Positions 41,126 through 52,482 of a stretch of DNA of 64,000 bases are shown one piece after another. The notes under the pieces are model-generated. The model saw only the letters and a program-made list of their open reading frames with translations, made no database searches and was not told where the DNA came from. The position numbers and the translations under genes are program-made. Position 1 is the stretch's first letter; every line of letters begins with the position of its first letter. The DNA is from a virus: the IMG/VR virus record IMGVR_UViG_3300008448_000014, positions 1 through 64,000 of that record; one strand, 5' to 3'.

Positions 41126-41927
41126 GTTTCATAATTTTTTGAAGTTTTAACCAACTAATTTTCTCATTCTGTTTAAATACGTAATCATTTATTATTAAAT
41201 CACTATCTCCTGTATTCTCTATTAAGTTATTTAATATAGGATTTAGTTTATTCTCGTAAGGAGTTTTAATACCTGCAATCATCATTTTAATAGCTTTTAC
41301 AAGACTTCTTGGTGTATTATAATTCTTTTCAGAACTATTAAATGATTCATTTTGTATTAATACACACAATTGCTCAAAGATTTCATCTGTCACCATAAAC
41401 TTAGCCATATATTCTTTCCAAGCTGATTTATCAAATGCAATATTATACCATATAAATCTTTCTTTAATCTGTGGTGTAATAATTGTAGCTCCTTGTGGAT
41501 TAGCTGCTGCTACAATCATAATCTTTGGAAGCTTTTTACCACTAATCAATTCTCTGTTCTCTAATATAGTTAAACATGCATTTAACACCATTGTATTAGC
41601 ATTTAATAACTCATCAAAGAATAGTATATCACCATCTTTTAGAGATGTAAACATTTTGGTATCAAAATACTCCACTTCTTTTTGTTCATGAACAGGAAGT
41701 AACATACCACTAACCTCGTGAGGCATTAATTGACTTGCAATAATATCTAAACACTTAACACCTTTTTCTTTAGCAAACTGCTTTATCACTTCTGTCTTTC
41801 CTATACCAGGATTTGATAGAAATAAAGGAATACAGGTTTGCCTTAATTCTTCATCTTCATAAATCTTTTCTAACACATTTAATAGTTCTCTCATTGTTTT
41901 TCTAGTTTTAATTATTCTTATTTTCAA
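41106..41927 (-). CDS. MoxR-like AAA+ ATPase
   Basis: NPGIGKT, LFFDE, IVAAAN, ERF, TPRS. Confidence 0.8.
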   Translation of the reverse strand: MKIRIIKTRKTMRELLNVLEKIYEDEELRQTCIPLFLSNPGIGKTEVIKQFAKEKGVKCLDIIASQLMPHEVSGMLLPVHEQKEVEYFDTKMFTSLKDGDILFFDELLNANTMVLNACLTILENRELISGKKLPKIMIVAAANPQGATIITPQIKERFIWYNIAFDKSAWKEYMAKFMVTDEIFEQLCVLIQNESFNSSEKNYNTPRSLVKAIKMMIAGIKTPYENKLNPILNNLIENTGDSDLIINDYVFKQNEKISWLKLQKIMKHGIITE

Positions 41928-42944
41928 ATTTTATTAATTCATTATATAATGATTCTGGAATTTCTTCCCAATCATGCCCATCATAATTTTCAATACTCCA
42001 ATAAAATTTATCATTTACTTTTTTAATATGCAATCCTCCATAATAGTTTCCTATATTGCCAATTTCTCTTTCCATTTATTATTTTTTAGGTTCTACAAAT
42101 ATTTTTAATGTTCTACCATCATCTTGATATGATAATTCTACATCAGAATTATATATTACATATGCTCTTCCTGTATGATCTATCACTTCAAGTCTTGTAA
42201 CTTTAGGTAGTTTATAAATTCCATCAACTATTACTTCTCCATCTTTCATAATCCTTTTTCTTTTTTATATATTTCTAATAGTTCTTTAGTTGAATGATTA
42301 ATCCAAAGTTCTGAATGAAATTGAATCCACTTTGCAAACTCAATAGCAAATTCATCTGCTATTTGCTCTATGATTTCAGCATCCTCAAAAATTGGAATAA
42401 CATAATAGCTTCCTTTATTTGTGGCTTTTGCAAACCTATCTCTTAGTGTCATAAATGTATTTGTATTTTTCTTGTTTCACATCCCATTTTATGTTTACCT
42501 CCTGCTAAATTACAATAAGCACACTTCTCTGTAATAATCTTATATCCTGTATCAATAGGCTTAAAGTCTTTAACTATATAGTCTTTAAAACCAAAACTAT
42601 CTAATGACATACCTCTAGACATATAAGGACCACCTGAAGGGTCAACCATATCAATCTCATTTTTTAATGAATCAACCATCTTTACATATTCAGGATAATG
42701 ATATGTATGAGTTTCATCATCCCATTCATGTACAGCTTTCTTAAATAATTCTAAAGACATTCTTTCTCCATTGTAAAAGTTTTCTATATGATCTTTGCAA
42801 TATTTATCATATGCTTTTGTATAATCATTTGGCATACCTATTCTACAATATTCAAAATTACCTTGCCATAAGATGTCTTGATTTTCATCTTCTGTATATG
42901 TGAATATATCACCATATCTATTTTTATAAGTTTTTTCCATAATA

Positions 42945-43562
42945 TTAAATATCTGTTGCTCCTATACTATCTGTTTCTTTTGTATTAATTCCTTCTTTTA
43001 ATAATTCTATAAAAGGTTCATAACTTCTCTGATTCAGATATGTTGAAGAGTTTTGCATATATTTTAGTTTGTTAGTGTTTTCTTTAAATGAAGCCTCTTT
43101 CTTTTGTAAAACATCAAGATTTAAAGCATCAATTAATTGTTTAGATGTGTATTCTCCTTCAAGAAGTATTTTATCAAACTTAACTCTACAATCATCAGGA
43201 TTTTGTCTTAATGTTCTACTTCCTGTAAATGTTTTACCTTTGTATGTAAAAGTATCTGTACCAGGAAATGTCTTATACCACTGTTCAAACTCTGTAACTG
43301 TTTTCTTTTTGATAATCTTCTTTTGTCCTTTACTTTCAAGGAATAATAAAAGCTCAACACCATGGGTAGTAATTTTACTATCATCTGTAATGAGGCCTTT
43401 TCTTAGCAGTCCTTGTTGTAATCCAGCAATTTTCATACTTTCTTCTCCTAATTCACTTATATCAAATCCTTCATTAACTAGTTTTAGTAAGAAGATGTGA
43501 TCTAAACTGTAAGATCTTTTTTGTAGTTCTATAAAATGATGATTTTCTAATGTAATTTTCAT
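42945..43562 (-). CDS. replication initiator/helicase-loader-like protein
   Basis: N-terminal wHTH-like region; FEQWYKTFP...YMQNSSTYLNQ C-terminus. Confidence 0.45.
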   Translation of the reverse strand: MKITLENHHFIELQKRSYSLDHIFLLKLVNEGFDISELGEESMKIAGLQQGLLRKGLITDDSKITTHGVELLLFLESKGQKKIIKKKTVTEFEQWYKTFPGTDTFTYKGKTFTGSRTLRQNPDDCRVKFDKILLEGEYTSKQLIDALNLDVLQKKEASFKENTNKLKYMQNSSTYLNQRSYEPFIELLKEGINTKETDSIGATDI

Positions 43563-43818
43563 TAAATATTATTTTTGCTGGTTTTCTGTTCTGTTCTTTT
43601 TCCCATTTTTCCCATGATGCTTGTAAATCCATTTCTCTTTCAAGAGCATATATATAATCATGGTCATATTCTTTCTCCCAATCTATATCCATAACTAATT
43701 ATCAGTTATAATTGCTAAAACAAATAATACAATTAATATACATACATAAACTGTATTAGCTTTTTTCATTACTTTTTTATATTCAATTGATTCTTCTTCT
43801 TCTGTCATATTTTTATAT

Positions 43819-44019
43819 TTATTTAATTTGAATAATTAATTCTTTATTTAGTTTATTACAAAACTTTTCTAATTGGTCTAATGATAAATCTAATCTACCA
43901 CTTAACCATTGAGTCATATTTGGCGTATGAGCTTTATATCCTAACATTATACAAAAATCTGTCTGAGAGCAATTATAGCTTTGAAATAAGTCCCATAATA
44001 TTTGATTAGATTGTTTCAT
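43819..44019 (-). CDS. XRE-type HTH protein
   Basis: SQTDFC.MLG...MTQWLSG...LSLDQLEKFC. Confidence 0.65.
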   Translation of the reverse strand: MKQSNQILWDLFQSYNCSQTDFCIMLGYKAHTPNMTQWLSGRLDLSLDQLEKFCNKLNKELIIQIK

Positions 44020-44457
44020 AATCCTTTTATTCTAAGACCATAAGCCATATCAAACTGGTCAAACCATTTCTCTCCTCTTAGTCTGTTACATTTATAAATC
44101 TTTCTAATCAATTTAATGGCATATTTTTTAAATTCATTATGCTGTTCTCTAGTCATAGTGAAATTAAAATACCATCTGTCATCATCTATAGCATCTAATC
44201 TAGTTTTACCAACCATATTAAGTTCATAGTCTACAAGATGCTGAACTAAGTTTTCTCTTGTAAGTTTTTCCATAATTATAATTTCTTTAATCTATTATAA
44301 CATCTTAATTCACAATGAAATTCATGTTCAACTTCACATTCAACTTCTTTATGGTCTACATGTTGAAGTATAAATAATAATTTTTCATAATCAAAATCTT
44401 CTTTTTTATATTTTTTAAGAAGTTTATGCTTTTTAATTATTTTTTTAATAAATTTTA

Positions 44458-45135
44458 TCATAATTTTTTAAATGTTTTATTAATCCATTCTGCAAACAAC
44501 AATAACTCTTCAACTGTAGCAGAATTTTTAATTGTATTAGCTTTCATTGAAATAATTTGTATATTACCTTTTATATATCCTTTAGTGTTATCAATTCTGT
44601 CTACAGAAGGCGAAAATTTATAATTATCTTTAGTTCCTTGTATTATAGGCTGTAACAGAATAGGACATATTTTTGGTATAACAATATCTTCTAGAGTAAT
44701 ATTAAATTCTATTCCTTTTTTTAAAGCTCTATCTTTACAACCTTTTAACAAAACTGCAGAAATATTTCTTAATCTACTTTCTCTTTTTTGTTTATTAATT
44801 TTTTCTTTAAAAATAGGATCATTATGTATTTTTTCTTTTCTTACAGCTCCAGATTTTTTAGCATATTCAGAAACTTTGTGTTTTTCTGAACAACATGTTT
44901 TACACCAAGTGTGTAATCCACCTTGTAATCCTGCATTTTTTGAAAACTCTTTTGCAGGTTTTGTTTTTTTACAACAAAAACAAGTTTTTTCAGTTAATGT
45001 TATTTCATATCTTTTAGTTTGTTTGATTAATGATGCACACTTTCTACAAGTACTTATAGTACCATCTAATGTTAATTTTGAATTTACAAATTCAATTAAA
45101 GGTTTTTCAATATTGCAATGTTTACAAATCTTCAT
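44458..45135 (-). CDS. HNH homing endonuclease with Zn ribbons
   Basis: CxxC repeats; SPSVDRIDNTKGYIKGNIQIIS..AN; ATG at 45135. Confidence 0.85.
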   Translation of the reverse strand: MKICKHCNIEKPLIEFVNSKLTLDGTISTCRKCASLIKQTKRYEITLTEKTCFCCKKTKPAKEFSKNAGLQGGLHTWCKTCCSEKHKVSEYAKKSGAVRKEKIHNDPIFKEKINKQKRESRLRNISAVLLKGCKDRALKKGIEFNITLEDIVIPKICPILLQPIIQGTKDNYKFSPSVDRIDNTKGYIKGNIQIISMKANTIKNSATVEELLLFAEWINKTFKKL

Positions 45136-45211
45136 AATTACTTTATTTAATGAGCTCAAATTTACTTAAAGAACTCATTAAATAAAAATATTTAACAAGA
45201 AATTAACATTA

Positions 45212-47242
45212 TCACTTTGCATCATACCAAGAATTTCCATAATGTGCGTCTGCCTTGATTTTTAATGTTTGTAAATAATGGTTTCCACCTTCAATCATAG
45301 CTTCTTCAACTTTAGTTCTAGCTAATTCTGCTAAATCTACAGGACATTCTATTACTAATTCATCATGTACAGAATTACATATTTTAATTATATTAATATA
45401 ATTATTATCAACTATCCAATCAAAAAGTATTAAAGCACTTCTCTTAATCATCATGGCACTTCTGGCTTGAACAGGGTTGTTAAGGCATAAACGTTGGTAT
45501 TCAGATTTAAGTTTAAAAAATTGACTCACTTCTGTTTTCTTTGACTTATAATATGTCACAGCTTTAGGAAATATATATGTATATTCATTTCCTTTTTCTT
45601 TCTCATCAAACTTCTTTTTATAATCTAATTTACCTTGTTTATATAACTGCCATTGTTCTTTAGTTATAGCCTCAACTTTACCTTTGTATTCATTAAACTT
45701 ATCAAACTTTGGTAGAGCTAGTTTCCAACCATCTGCAGATTCTATATATCCTTGCTTAACAGCTTTATTGAATTCTTCTGCTCCCCATGTATACAATCCT
45801 TCATGAAGTTCTTTAAAAGCATCTTCAATTCTATATGCTTGTACTAATGGTATTCCTTCATTTTGATGAATAGTATATGCAGAACCACCATATTGAAATG
45901 CAAACCTTGGACTCTTTGCTGCTTGTCTTTTAGATTTATGTTCTTTAATGATTGTTTCATCATCAAGTTCTTCTAATTCTGGATATAAAACTCTAGCAAA
46001 AGCACAATGCAAATCATCTCCATTAACTACAGAAGATGTCATTGCAGCATCTCCAGATAAATCTGCAGCTACAACAGTTTCTTGACCACTATAATCACAA
46101 ACAATAATTACATTACCTTTATTAGCTTTAAAACACTTTCTTGTAATACTATCAGAAGGAAAATTTAAAAAGTTTATATTTCCTTTTCTAGTAGATAGTC
46201 TAGCTGTATCAACCATAGGATTAAAGTTAGTGTATATACGTTCATTCTCTATTTGCTTGTATATACTTTCTCCAAAGGTTGTAACTCTATGATTAGCTTC
46301 TTGAAAACTAAGCCACATATCAACAAAATCATGTTTAGATTTCTTTATAATGTTTTCTCCAATACTATCTTTACCATCTTTATCCTTTGTAGGGATACCA
46401 AAAGCATTAAAGACTTTAAGCATTTGTGATGGTGAATTAATAGATACATGTATTCTTTTCTTTGTGTCAAACATATCTATTTGTCCATCTGCAAATTGTG
46501 GAAGATTATCATATATATACTCTTCAATTATAGTTTTCCATTTGAATGTATTTTCTATGTCTTCAACCATTTTATCTTTCCATGATTTAGAGCTAATAGG
46601 AAGCCCACATTGCTCAATATATGCTAAAGCTCTAATATATCTACAATGAAGATTATATGTCTCTGTAAAGCCTCTTTTATTGATTTTAAGCATTAATGCA
46701 TCATGTAACTCAATAAGTCTATCAACATCATTAAATGAATACTCAATTGTACTCTGTTGGCTTAATTTAACTATATGAATATTCTTTTGGTCTGTTTTGT
46801 CATATATAACATCAAGTTCTCTTTCCATCACTTTACCAAAATCATGTCTATAAGGCATAAAGTCTTTATCAACTTGTCCATTATATATAATCTTACTAGC
46901 AAGCATTGTATCTCTAACATCTTTAGGATAGAATCCATACTTATAACAAAACCCTACATCAAATAATGCATTATGAAATATTAATGTCTTGCTCTCTATA
47001 TAAGGAACCAAATCACTAAACTTATAACTATTTTCTCCACTAGTATATAAGTCTATAATATAATTGTTTTTTCCTGTTCCAATTTGTACACAAAATATAT
47101 CACAATGTCTTGGTTGAAGTCCACTAGTTTCTGTGTCTATTCCTATAATATCAGGTAAAATTAAATCAGTTAAATCACAGTAATTATACTTACCAATTTT
47201 TTCAAAATATTTTTTATTTTTAGTTATAATAAAATTTGCCAT
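45212..47242 (-). CDS. polA: DNA polymerase family A with 3'-5' exonuclease
   Basis: DTETSG, HNALFD, TARLS, DYSGQE, RQAAK...YG, NNPVQ, VHDE. Confidence 0.95.
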   Translation of the reverse strand: MANFIITKNKKYFEKIGKYNYCDLTDLILPDIIGIDTETSGLQPRHCDIFCVQIGTGKNNYIIDLYTSGENSYKFSDLVPYIESKTLIFHNALFDVGFCYKYGFYPKDVRDTMLASKIIYNGQVDKDFMPYRHDFGKVMERELDVIYDKTDQKNIHIVKLSQQSTIEYSFNDVDRLIELHDALMLKINKRGFTETYNLHCRYIRALAYIEQCGLPISSKSWKDKMVEDIENTFKWKTIIEEYIYDNLPQFADGQIDMFDTKKRIHVSINSPSQMLKVFNAFGIPTKDKDGKDSIGENIIKKSKHDFVDMWLSFQEANHRVTTFGESIYKQIENERIYTNFNPMVDTARLSTRKGNINFLNFPSDSITRKCFKANKGNVIIVCDYSGQETVVAADLSGDAAMTSSVVNGDDLHCAFARVLYPELEELDDETIIKEHKSKRQAAKSPRFAFQYGGSAYTIHQNEGIPLVQAYRIEDAFKELHEGLYTWGAEEFNKAVKQGYIESADGWKLALPKFDKFNEYKGKVEAITKEQWQLYKQGKLDYKKKFDEKEKGNEYTYIFPKAVTYYKSKKTEVSQFFKLKSEYQRLCLNNPVQARSAMMIKRSALILFDWIVDNNYINIIKICNSVHDELVIECPVDLAELARTKVEEAMIEGGNHYLQTLKIKADAHYGNSWYDAK

Positions 47243-48003
47243 TATTTGTTTCTTTTTACTTTTTTAAAGAATAATCCTTTATAAGATTTGTTATTTTTAA
47301 TTGCTCTAAATATATTTTGATAAGATACTATTTTATTTTTTAAATACTTTTTATTAAATTTTTTAGCATTAATATTGTAAAACTCAATATAATCAGGAAT
47401 TGGTAAATCATTTTCTTTTGTTCTAGAAAATCTATCTATTTCCAAAGTATTATCAAATCTTCTAAAAAAGTTCATATTAATATCATACACTTCTATGTCA
47501 TCAAACATATTTTTTCTAGCATCAGAAATGTTATTACATACTAAACCTTTATTCCAAGAAGGTTTACCTTTTTTAATATTAGATAAATGTTGCCTGTAAT
47601 TTTCATTATTTTTATATCTTTCCTTTAATGTATCACTTATTTTTTTCTTTACATCACTATTACAAGGAGGTTGAGTAGTAACATCACTTATATTGTATCC
47701 ATTTTTAATACTATTAAAAAAGTTTATATAAAAAGATTCTTTTTCTCTTATAAAAGGTATATTATTATTTTCTAATATTTCTATTACAGAAAATTCAAAA
47801 TTTTCTATACCATGTTTTAAAACAGAATTATTTAAATAACTATTATGATGGTTACCTGTCTTAAGTTTTCTTACATGTTCAGTATATCTTCTTTTAAAAG
47901 TCATTTTTGTTGACCCAATGTAAACTTTATTATTTAATAAGTTTTTTATCATATAAACTCCTGAAAGTTTAAATGTTTCTAAATTTGGTATTGCTATTTT
48001 CAT
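47242..48003 (-). CDS. GIY-YIG homing endonuclease
   Basis: SGVYMI...KVYIGST...RY.EH...GYN. Confidence 0.9.
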   Translation of the reverse strand: MKIAIPNLETFKLSGVYMIKNLLNNKVYIGSTKMTFKRRYTEHVRKLKTGNHHNSYLNNSVLKHGIENFEFSVIEILENNNIPFIREKESFYINFFNSIKNGYNISDVTTQPPCNSDVKKKISDTLKERYKNNENYRQHLSNIKKGKPSWNKGLVCNNISDARKNMFDDIEVYDINMNFFRRFDNTLEIDRFSRTKENDLPIPDYIEFYNINAKKFNKKYLKNKIVSYQNIFRAIKNNKSYKGLFFKKVKRNK

Positions 48004-48061
48004 AGCACAAATATATAAAATTTACATTAGATACACAAACATTTTTAAACATTAGTTAGTT

Positions 48062-48184
48062 TTAACCTGTTGTTTCACTATCACAAGCAATTACATCTGG
48101 AAGAATCATATCTTCTAAACTACAATAATTGTAATCACCAATGCTTTCAAACTGTTCTTTATTCTTGCATACTATATAGTTCAT
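48062..48184 (-). pseudogene. stub of a PolA 5' end (40 aa, ends at the ExoI motif DSETTG*)
   Basis: MNYIVCKNKEQFESIGDYNYCSLEDMILPDVIACDSETTG aligns without gaps to the PolA N-terminus. Confidence 0.9.
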
Positions 48185-49624
48185 CGTCTTCTTCTTCTGT
48201 TAAAAATTTAAGTACCACCTTCTGTTCTACAAAGTTAGGAATAATTGTTGAGATTTCCTCATCATAAAATGATTCATGTATCTCAATATCAAGCCATCCA
48301 TCATACTCATTAATTATAACATTTATATCTTTAAGGGATATAGGTCTTAATTCATCAACATGAACTCCTTCATCCCACCAACCTATTTCATGTGGTTCAG
48401 CAAGAATATCTCCATTTTCGTCAATAATACACACTTCCATAGGTGCACCATGTTCAACTAAAAACTTTTCCTTATCAAAAGGAATAGTTTCTAGTTCCCA
48501 TAATATTGTTTCATGTTCAGTAACTCTGACAAACAACATTCCTTTCTCTAGTTCTTTAGGCATATAACTCCTAAGAACTAATTCTGCTTCATAATTGTAC
48601 ATGTCATTTTATATTAGTTAATGGATAAGCATCATAAACAGATTGAGGGTTAATGTAACGCTCGCTGTAATCAGTGCCATTAATCATTTGCCTCATAGTT
48701 GTTATTTTTGCTTCTTTAATAACTTTATCTAAAGCCTCTTTTACGTGCATTTGTGCAAATTCAATCATAGCATAATTAATATCATCTCCTGATAATATAT
48801 CAGTAGGTAAATTTTCTCTTTTTAAAAATTCTTCTGCTGTTGGTATATTTTTCATATTATATAATTCTTTCATAGTTATGTCTAATAATACTATCTATCT
48901 TATTACTCAAATCTGTTAAATATGTGCTAGAACTTATTTCAGGAAAACCATACACTTTTGTTATTAATTCTTCACAAACTGGAAGTAAATCTTCCACTTT
49001 ATCTTTAAATCTTTTAGATAAAGGTTTTAGTTCATCTATTTCATGTGTATAATCAGCTAATAAAGCCATTAATACAGTGACTGTGTGACATATTTGTGCT
49101 TCTCTTTTTGGTGTCATAACTTTTCTATTTTTTGTTTAATTTCTTGCCAATAAATTATTCTTGATTTCATCCAAACTTCACCACATTCTAAAAGTTCTTC
49201 AATAATTTCATCAACTGCTATTAATCCACATTGTTTTGCTATTGATGTGCAAAGTATTTCGTTACCGCATTCAGTGGCTTCGTTCATTAAAATAATACGA
49301 TACTGATTTACTAACTCTTCTGCTTTTTCTTTTGGTGTCATAATGTTATTAATTCTTCTTGTTCTACACTAATTTTATTTGTTACTTCTTCTATTTTTCT
49401 AAATCTATCTATTCTAAATGTAGGTTCCATAAATTTATTTACTAATTTAAACCATCTTGGTGGATTAATTATCTCTTCAAGTCTAACTCCTACAACAAAA
49501 TCAGAATCAACAATATCTCTTATAGTGTATTGTTTATCTTTAACTACCCAATTAGGACAATCTTTTAATAATTCTGCTACAGTATGTGGCTGCATTGAGC
49601 TATCAATGCAAACCACTTTGTCTC

Positions 49625-50098
49625 CTATATCAAACATAAATCATCAAATCTAACAGGTGTATAATTAATCATCTCTGCACATACATTAATATATCTAGCA
49701 TCATCTAAACTGTTTTGATGAACATGTCCATGAATATTATATGAATATCTAAACTCAAGTTGTGAAGGATGTATAGGACAATGTGTAAGAATAGCTTTTT
49801 TTTTATAATCTATCATTCCTGCTACACTATGTACATAATTTAACATTTCTTTTACATGTTGCCTTTGGTCATGATTACCAAGAACAACATTTATTAGACC
49901 TTGTAATCTACCTAAGATTTCATATTGTTTCTTTTCCATTGTTATATCTCCAAGTAAAAACACTACATCTTTTTTAGATATAGTGTTATTCCAGTTCTTT
50001 ACAATAAGCTCATTCATTTCTTCTGCAGAGCTAAATCCTCTTCTGATAGCCATATTCTCATGATGAAAATGTGGATCACTAAATAAATATGTACTCAT
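49625..50098 (-). CDS. calcineurin-like metallophosphoesterase
   Basis: SDPHF, LGD, GNHD, THCP, HGHVH. Confidence 0.9.
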   Translation of the reverse strand: MSTYLFSDPHFHHENMAIRRGFSSAEEMNELIVKNWNNTISKKDVVFLLGDITMEKKQYEILGRLQGLINVVLGNHDQRQHVKEMLNYVHSVAGMIDYKKKAILTHCPIHPSQLEFRYSYNIHGHVHQNSLDDARYINVCAEMINYTPVRFDDLCLI

Positions 50099-50949
50099 AT
50101 ATCAATCATTATGAAATTCAACCATATATCCTTTGGCTATTAGTATTCTAAGACATGTATCATCATCAAATAACTGTACAGCCACTTTATCTCCATCTTC
50201 ATCAAGACATTCTACTATCTGATAACCAGCACCATCTGTAGTTTTACCTTCTTTAGCACCACTAATTTGATGTAATATTAATGTTTTACCACTAGAATAG
50301 TAAAACACAATATCTCTCACTCCTTTGGGATTAAATACAACTGTAACATCAGTTTCTTCCCATGGTTGCACTACATCATTTTTCTTTGATATAATAGAAT
50401 TGTATTTCTTAACAAATGTTTCTTGTGCAAACATTGATGCACTTAATAGCAATAAGCTACAAATTAATAATTTTTTCATAATTTTATTGTTTAAATGTTT
50501 CGTTGTAGTATTGTTCATCTTCTTTATACATAGCACCATTATCTCTAAAATCTTGCCGTCCATTATGTCTTGCTGATTTTATATTTTGCTTTTCCATTTC
50601 TTTGGCTTGTTTTAAAATTTCTTTTTTAATGACATTACCTTTCATTTGATAATAATTATCTAATTCTTGAAATAACCATTCTACTACTGTTTGTTTCATA
50701 TCTTATTTGTTTTTAAATTGTTTAAACCAATCTTTTGCAGTTATACAAGGTAATCTGTTTTGATTACACCTAATACAAAATTCTGCATACTCTTGCATAT
50801 CTTCCTCACTATACATTCTTTCAGCTTGCCATTTAGCACCATCAATAACTAAATCCATTAATGCTTTATAATTATCATTGTCAAATGCTCTTGATACTTT
50901 TTCAGCAAATTCTTCAAGTGTTTCTTTATTCATGTTATTTCTTTTTAAA

Positions 50950-51909
50950 TTAAAATTTATTATTCAGCCAAGTATAACATCTAAGTTTATATTGCGTATC
51001 ATTTTCATGCTCAAATCTTTTAGGTAAGTTACCTAGTTCATTTTGTTCTTGTTGCCATTTTGCGCCAGCTATCCAATTAGGTTTCCTTACTTTATTTTGA
51101 TAATCTAAAGATTCATCTCCAGTATTAATAGGAAATAATCTTTCAGCCACTTCCTCAAGCGTTTCTTGTTTATTAACTTTTATTCTTTTTCCTAAATGAA
51201 TTATAGAATTTCCACAAATTTTACATAGACCTTTCATTACATCAAAATCAGGTTCTTTACAAGTACAATCAGGTAATAAAAAACAATCTTGTTTAGGTTC
51301 TTCTTTTGGAATGATTTGCCCCATTTCTAAACCACCAGCATAATCCTCATTAATAATTTGTTGAGTTGTTCTTGGAATGATGATTTTGTATTCTCCAAAT
51401 GTTTTAAGTATTTTTTCAGCTCCTGTAATACCTCTATTATTAAACTTTACCTCAACACTCTTACAACTTGGATTCTTCACAAACCATTCAAGGAAATCAT
51501 CTGGTATGGATTGTATACCTTGTTTGATTAAATCTTGGTCTGTTGTAAGAATTACCTTTTTATCTCCTTCTTGAAAATATAGAAACGCAACACCATCAAT
51601 GGTTTTAAAACCTAAAACACCTTGACTGATTTCTGCTTTAGTTAATCTACCACTTTTAAGTATAACACTATCTCCTTCTTTAATTTCTTCATTGTTGGTG
51701 ATGTATATGTTATGAGTTTTAAATGAAGAAGTAATATCTCTAAAACTACCATTTAAGGTAGTGTATTGAATAACATCATCAATAGTAATTGTTTCATTAT
51801 ATCTCCACCAAGATATACATTCATTTGAAGTTCCTCTCCAAAGATGTCTTAACAGTAAATCTCCTTTAATTGGATTTTTATCTGTTGGCAATACGTGTAT
51901 GTTTTTCAT
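50950..51909 (-). CDS. mosaic hypothetical protein
   Basis: Contains the ETLEE..E...GAKWQ module shared with 50703-50933. Confidence 0.6.
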   Translation of the reverse strand: MKNIHVLPTDKNPIKGDLLLRHLWRGTSNECISWWRYNETITIDDVIQYTTLNGSFRDITSSFKTHNIYITNNEEIKEGDSVILKSGRLTKAEISQGVLGFKTIDGVAFLYFQEGDKKVILTTDQDLIKQGIQSIPDDFLEWFVKNPSCKSVEVKFNNRGITGAEKILKTFGEYKIIIPRTTQQIINEDYAGGLEMGQIIPKEEPKQDCFLLPDCTCKEPDFDVMKGLCKICGNSIIHLGKRIKVNKQETLEEVAERLFPINTGDESLDYQNKVRKPNWIAGAKWQQEQNELGNLPKRFEHENDTQYKLRCYTWLNNKF

Positions 51910-51911
51910 AT

Positions 51912-52169
51912 CTATCTACATTGTCCTATCTCAGGAATTAAACTTGCATCTGTTGTGCTAAATGTTTTTTGTTTTTGAATATTAGTACATTCATTAATGG
52001 TAGTGTACACAGTGTGATAAGTGATAGCTGGATTCTGTGGTGTGCCAAGTACATTGTAAGTTGTCTTAGCTACAACCTTATCACAATCACAATTCAATGC
52101 AGGAGTTTGCTCTTCTTCATTATTGCAAGACATTGCAACTAATGATAATAATAATAATACTTTTTTCAT
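51912..52169 (-). CDS. putative lipoprotein
   Basis: MKKVLLLLSLVAMS-C lipobox-like signal. Confidence 0.65.
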   Translation of the reverse strand: MKKVLLLLSLVAMSCNNEEEQTPALNCDCDKVVAKTTYNVLGTPQNPAITYHTVYTTINECTNIQKQKTFSTTDASLIPEIGQCR

Positions 52170-52460
52170 GGTTTTTTAAATTTAATTTCTAATGATTCCA
52201 TTATTTCATTAAAATCTTTTTGTTTTAATGTTTTAGGTTTGTTAATATATAATACATGTGTAGAATTTCCTTCTTCACTAATAAAAGATACAATACCTGT
52301 TTCTTTTTTTAATAGCACTCTTTTAGTTTCTTGTAATAAACTCATAATTTATTTTTAAATGTATTTAATAATATTTTGTTAATAATTGGTACTATTAAAA
52401 AACATATTATAATAGCTAAACTTAATCCTTGATTTTCCATAATTTAAACTTTTTAAAAAG

Positions 52461-52482
52461 AAAAAGCCCTATTTCTAGGGCT
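52461..52482 (-). terminator. intrinsic terminator
   Basis: AGCCCTA/TAGGGCT stem with a T-run on minus strand. Confidence 0.7.

Noticed and set aside
30461-48184. Group I introns around the GIY-YIG genes
   Set aside because: Flanks are only tens of AT-rich nucleotides with no room for a catalytic core, and each downstream gene has its own complete start.
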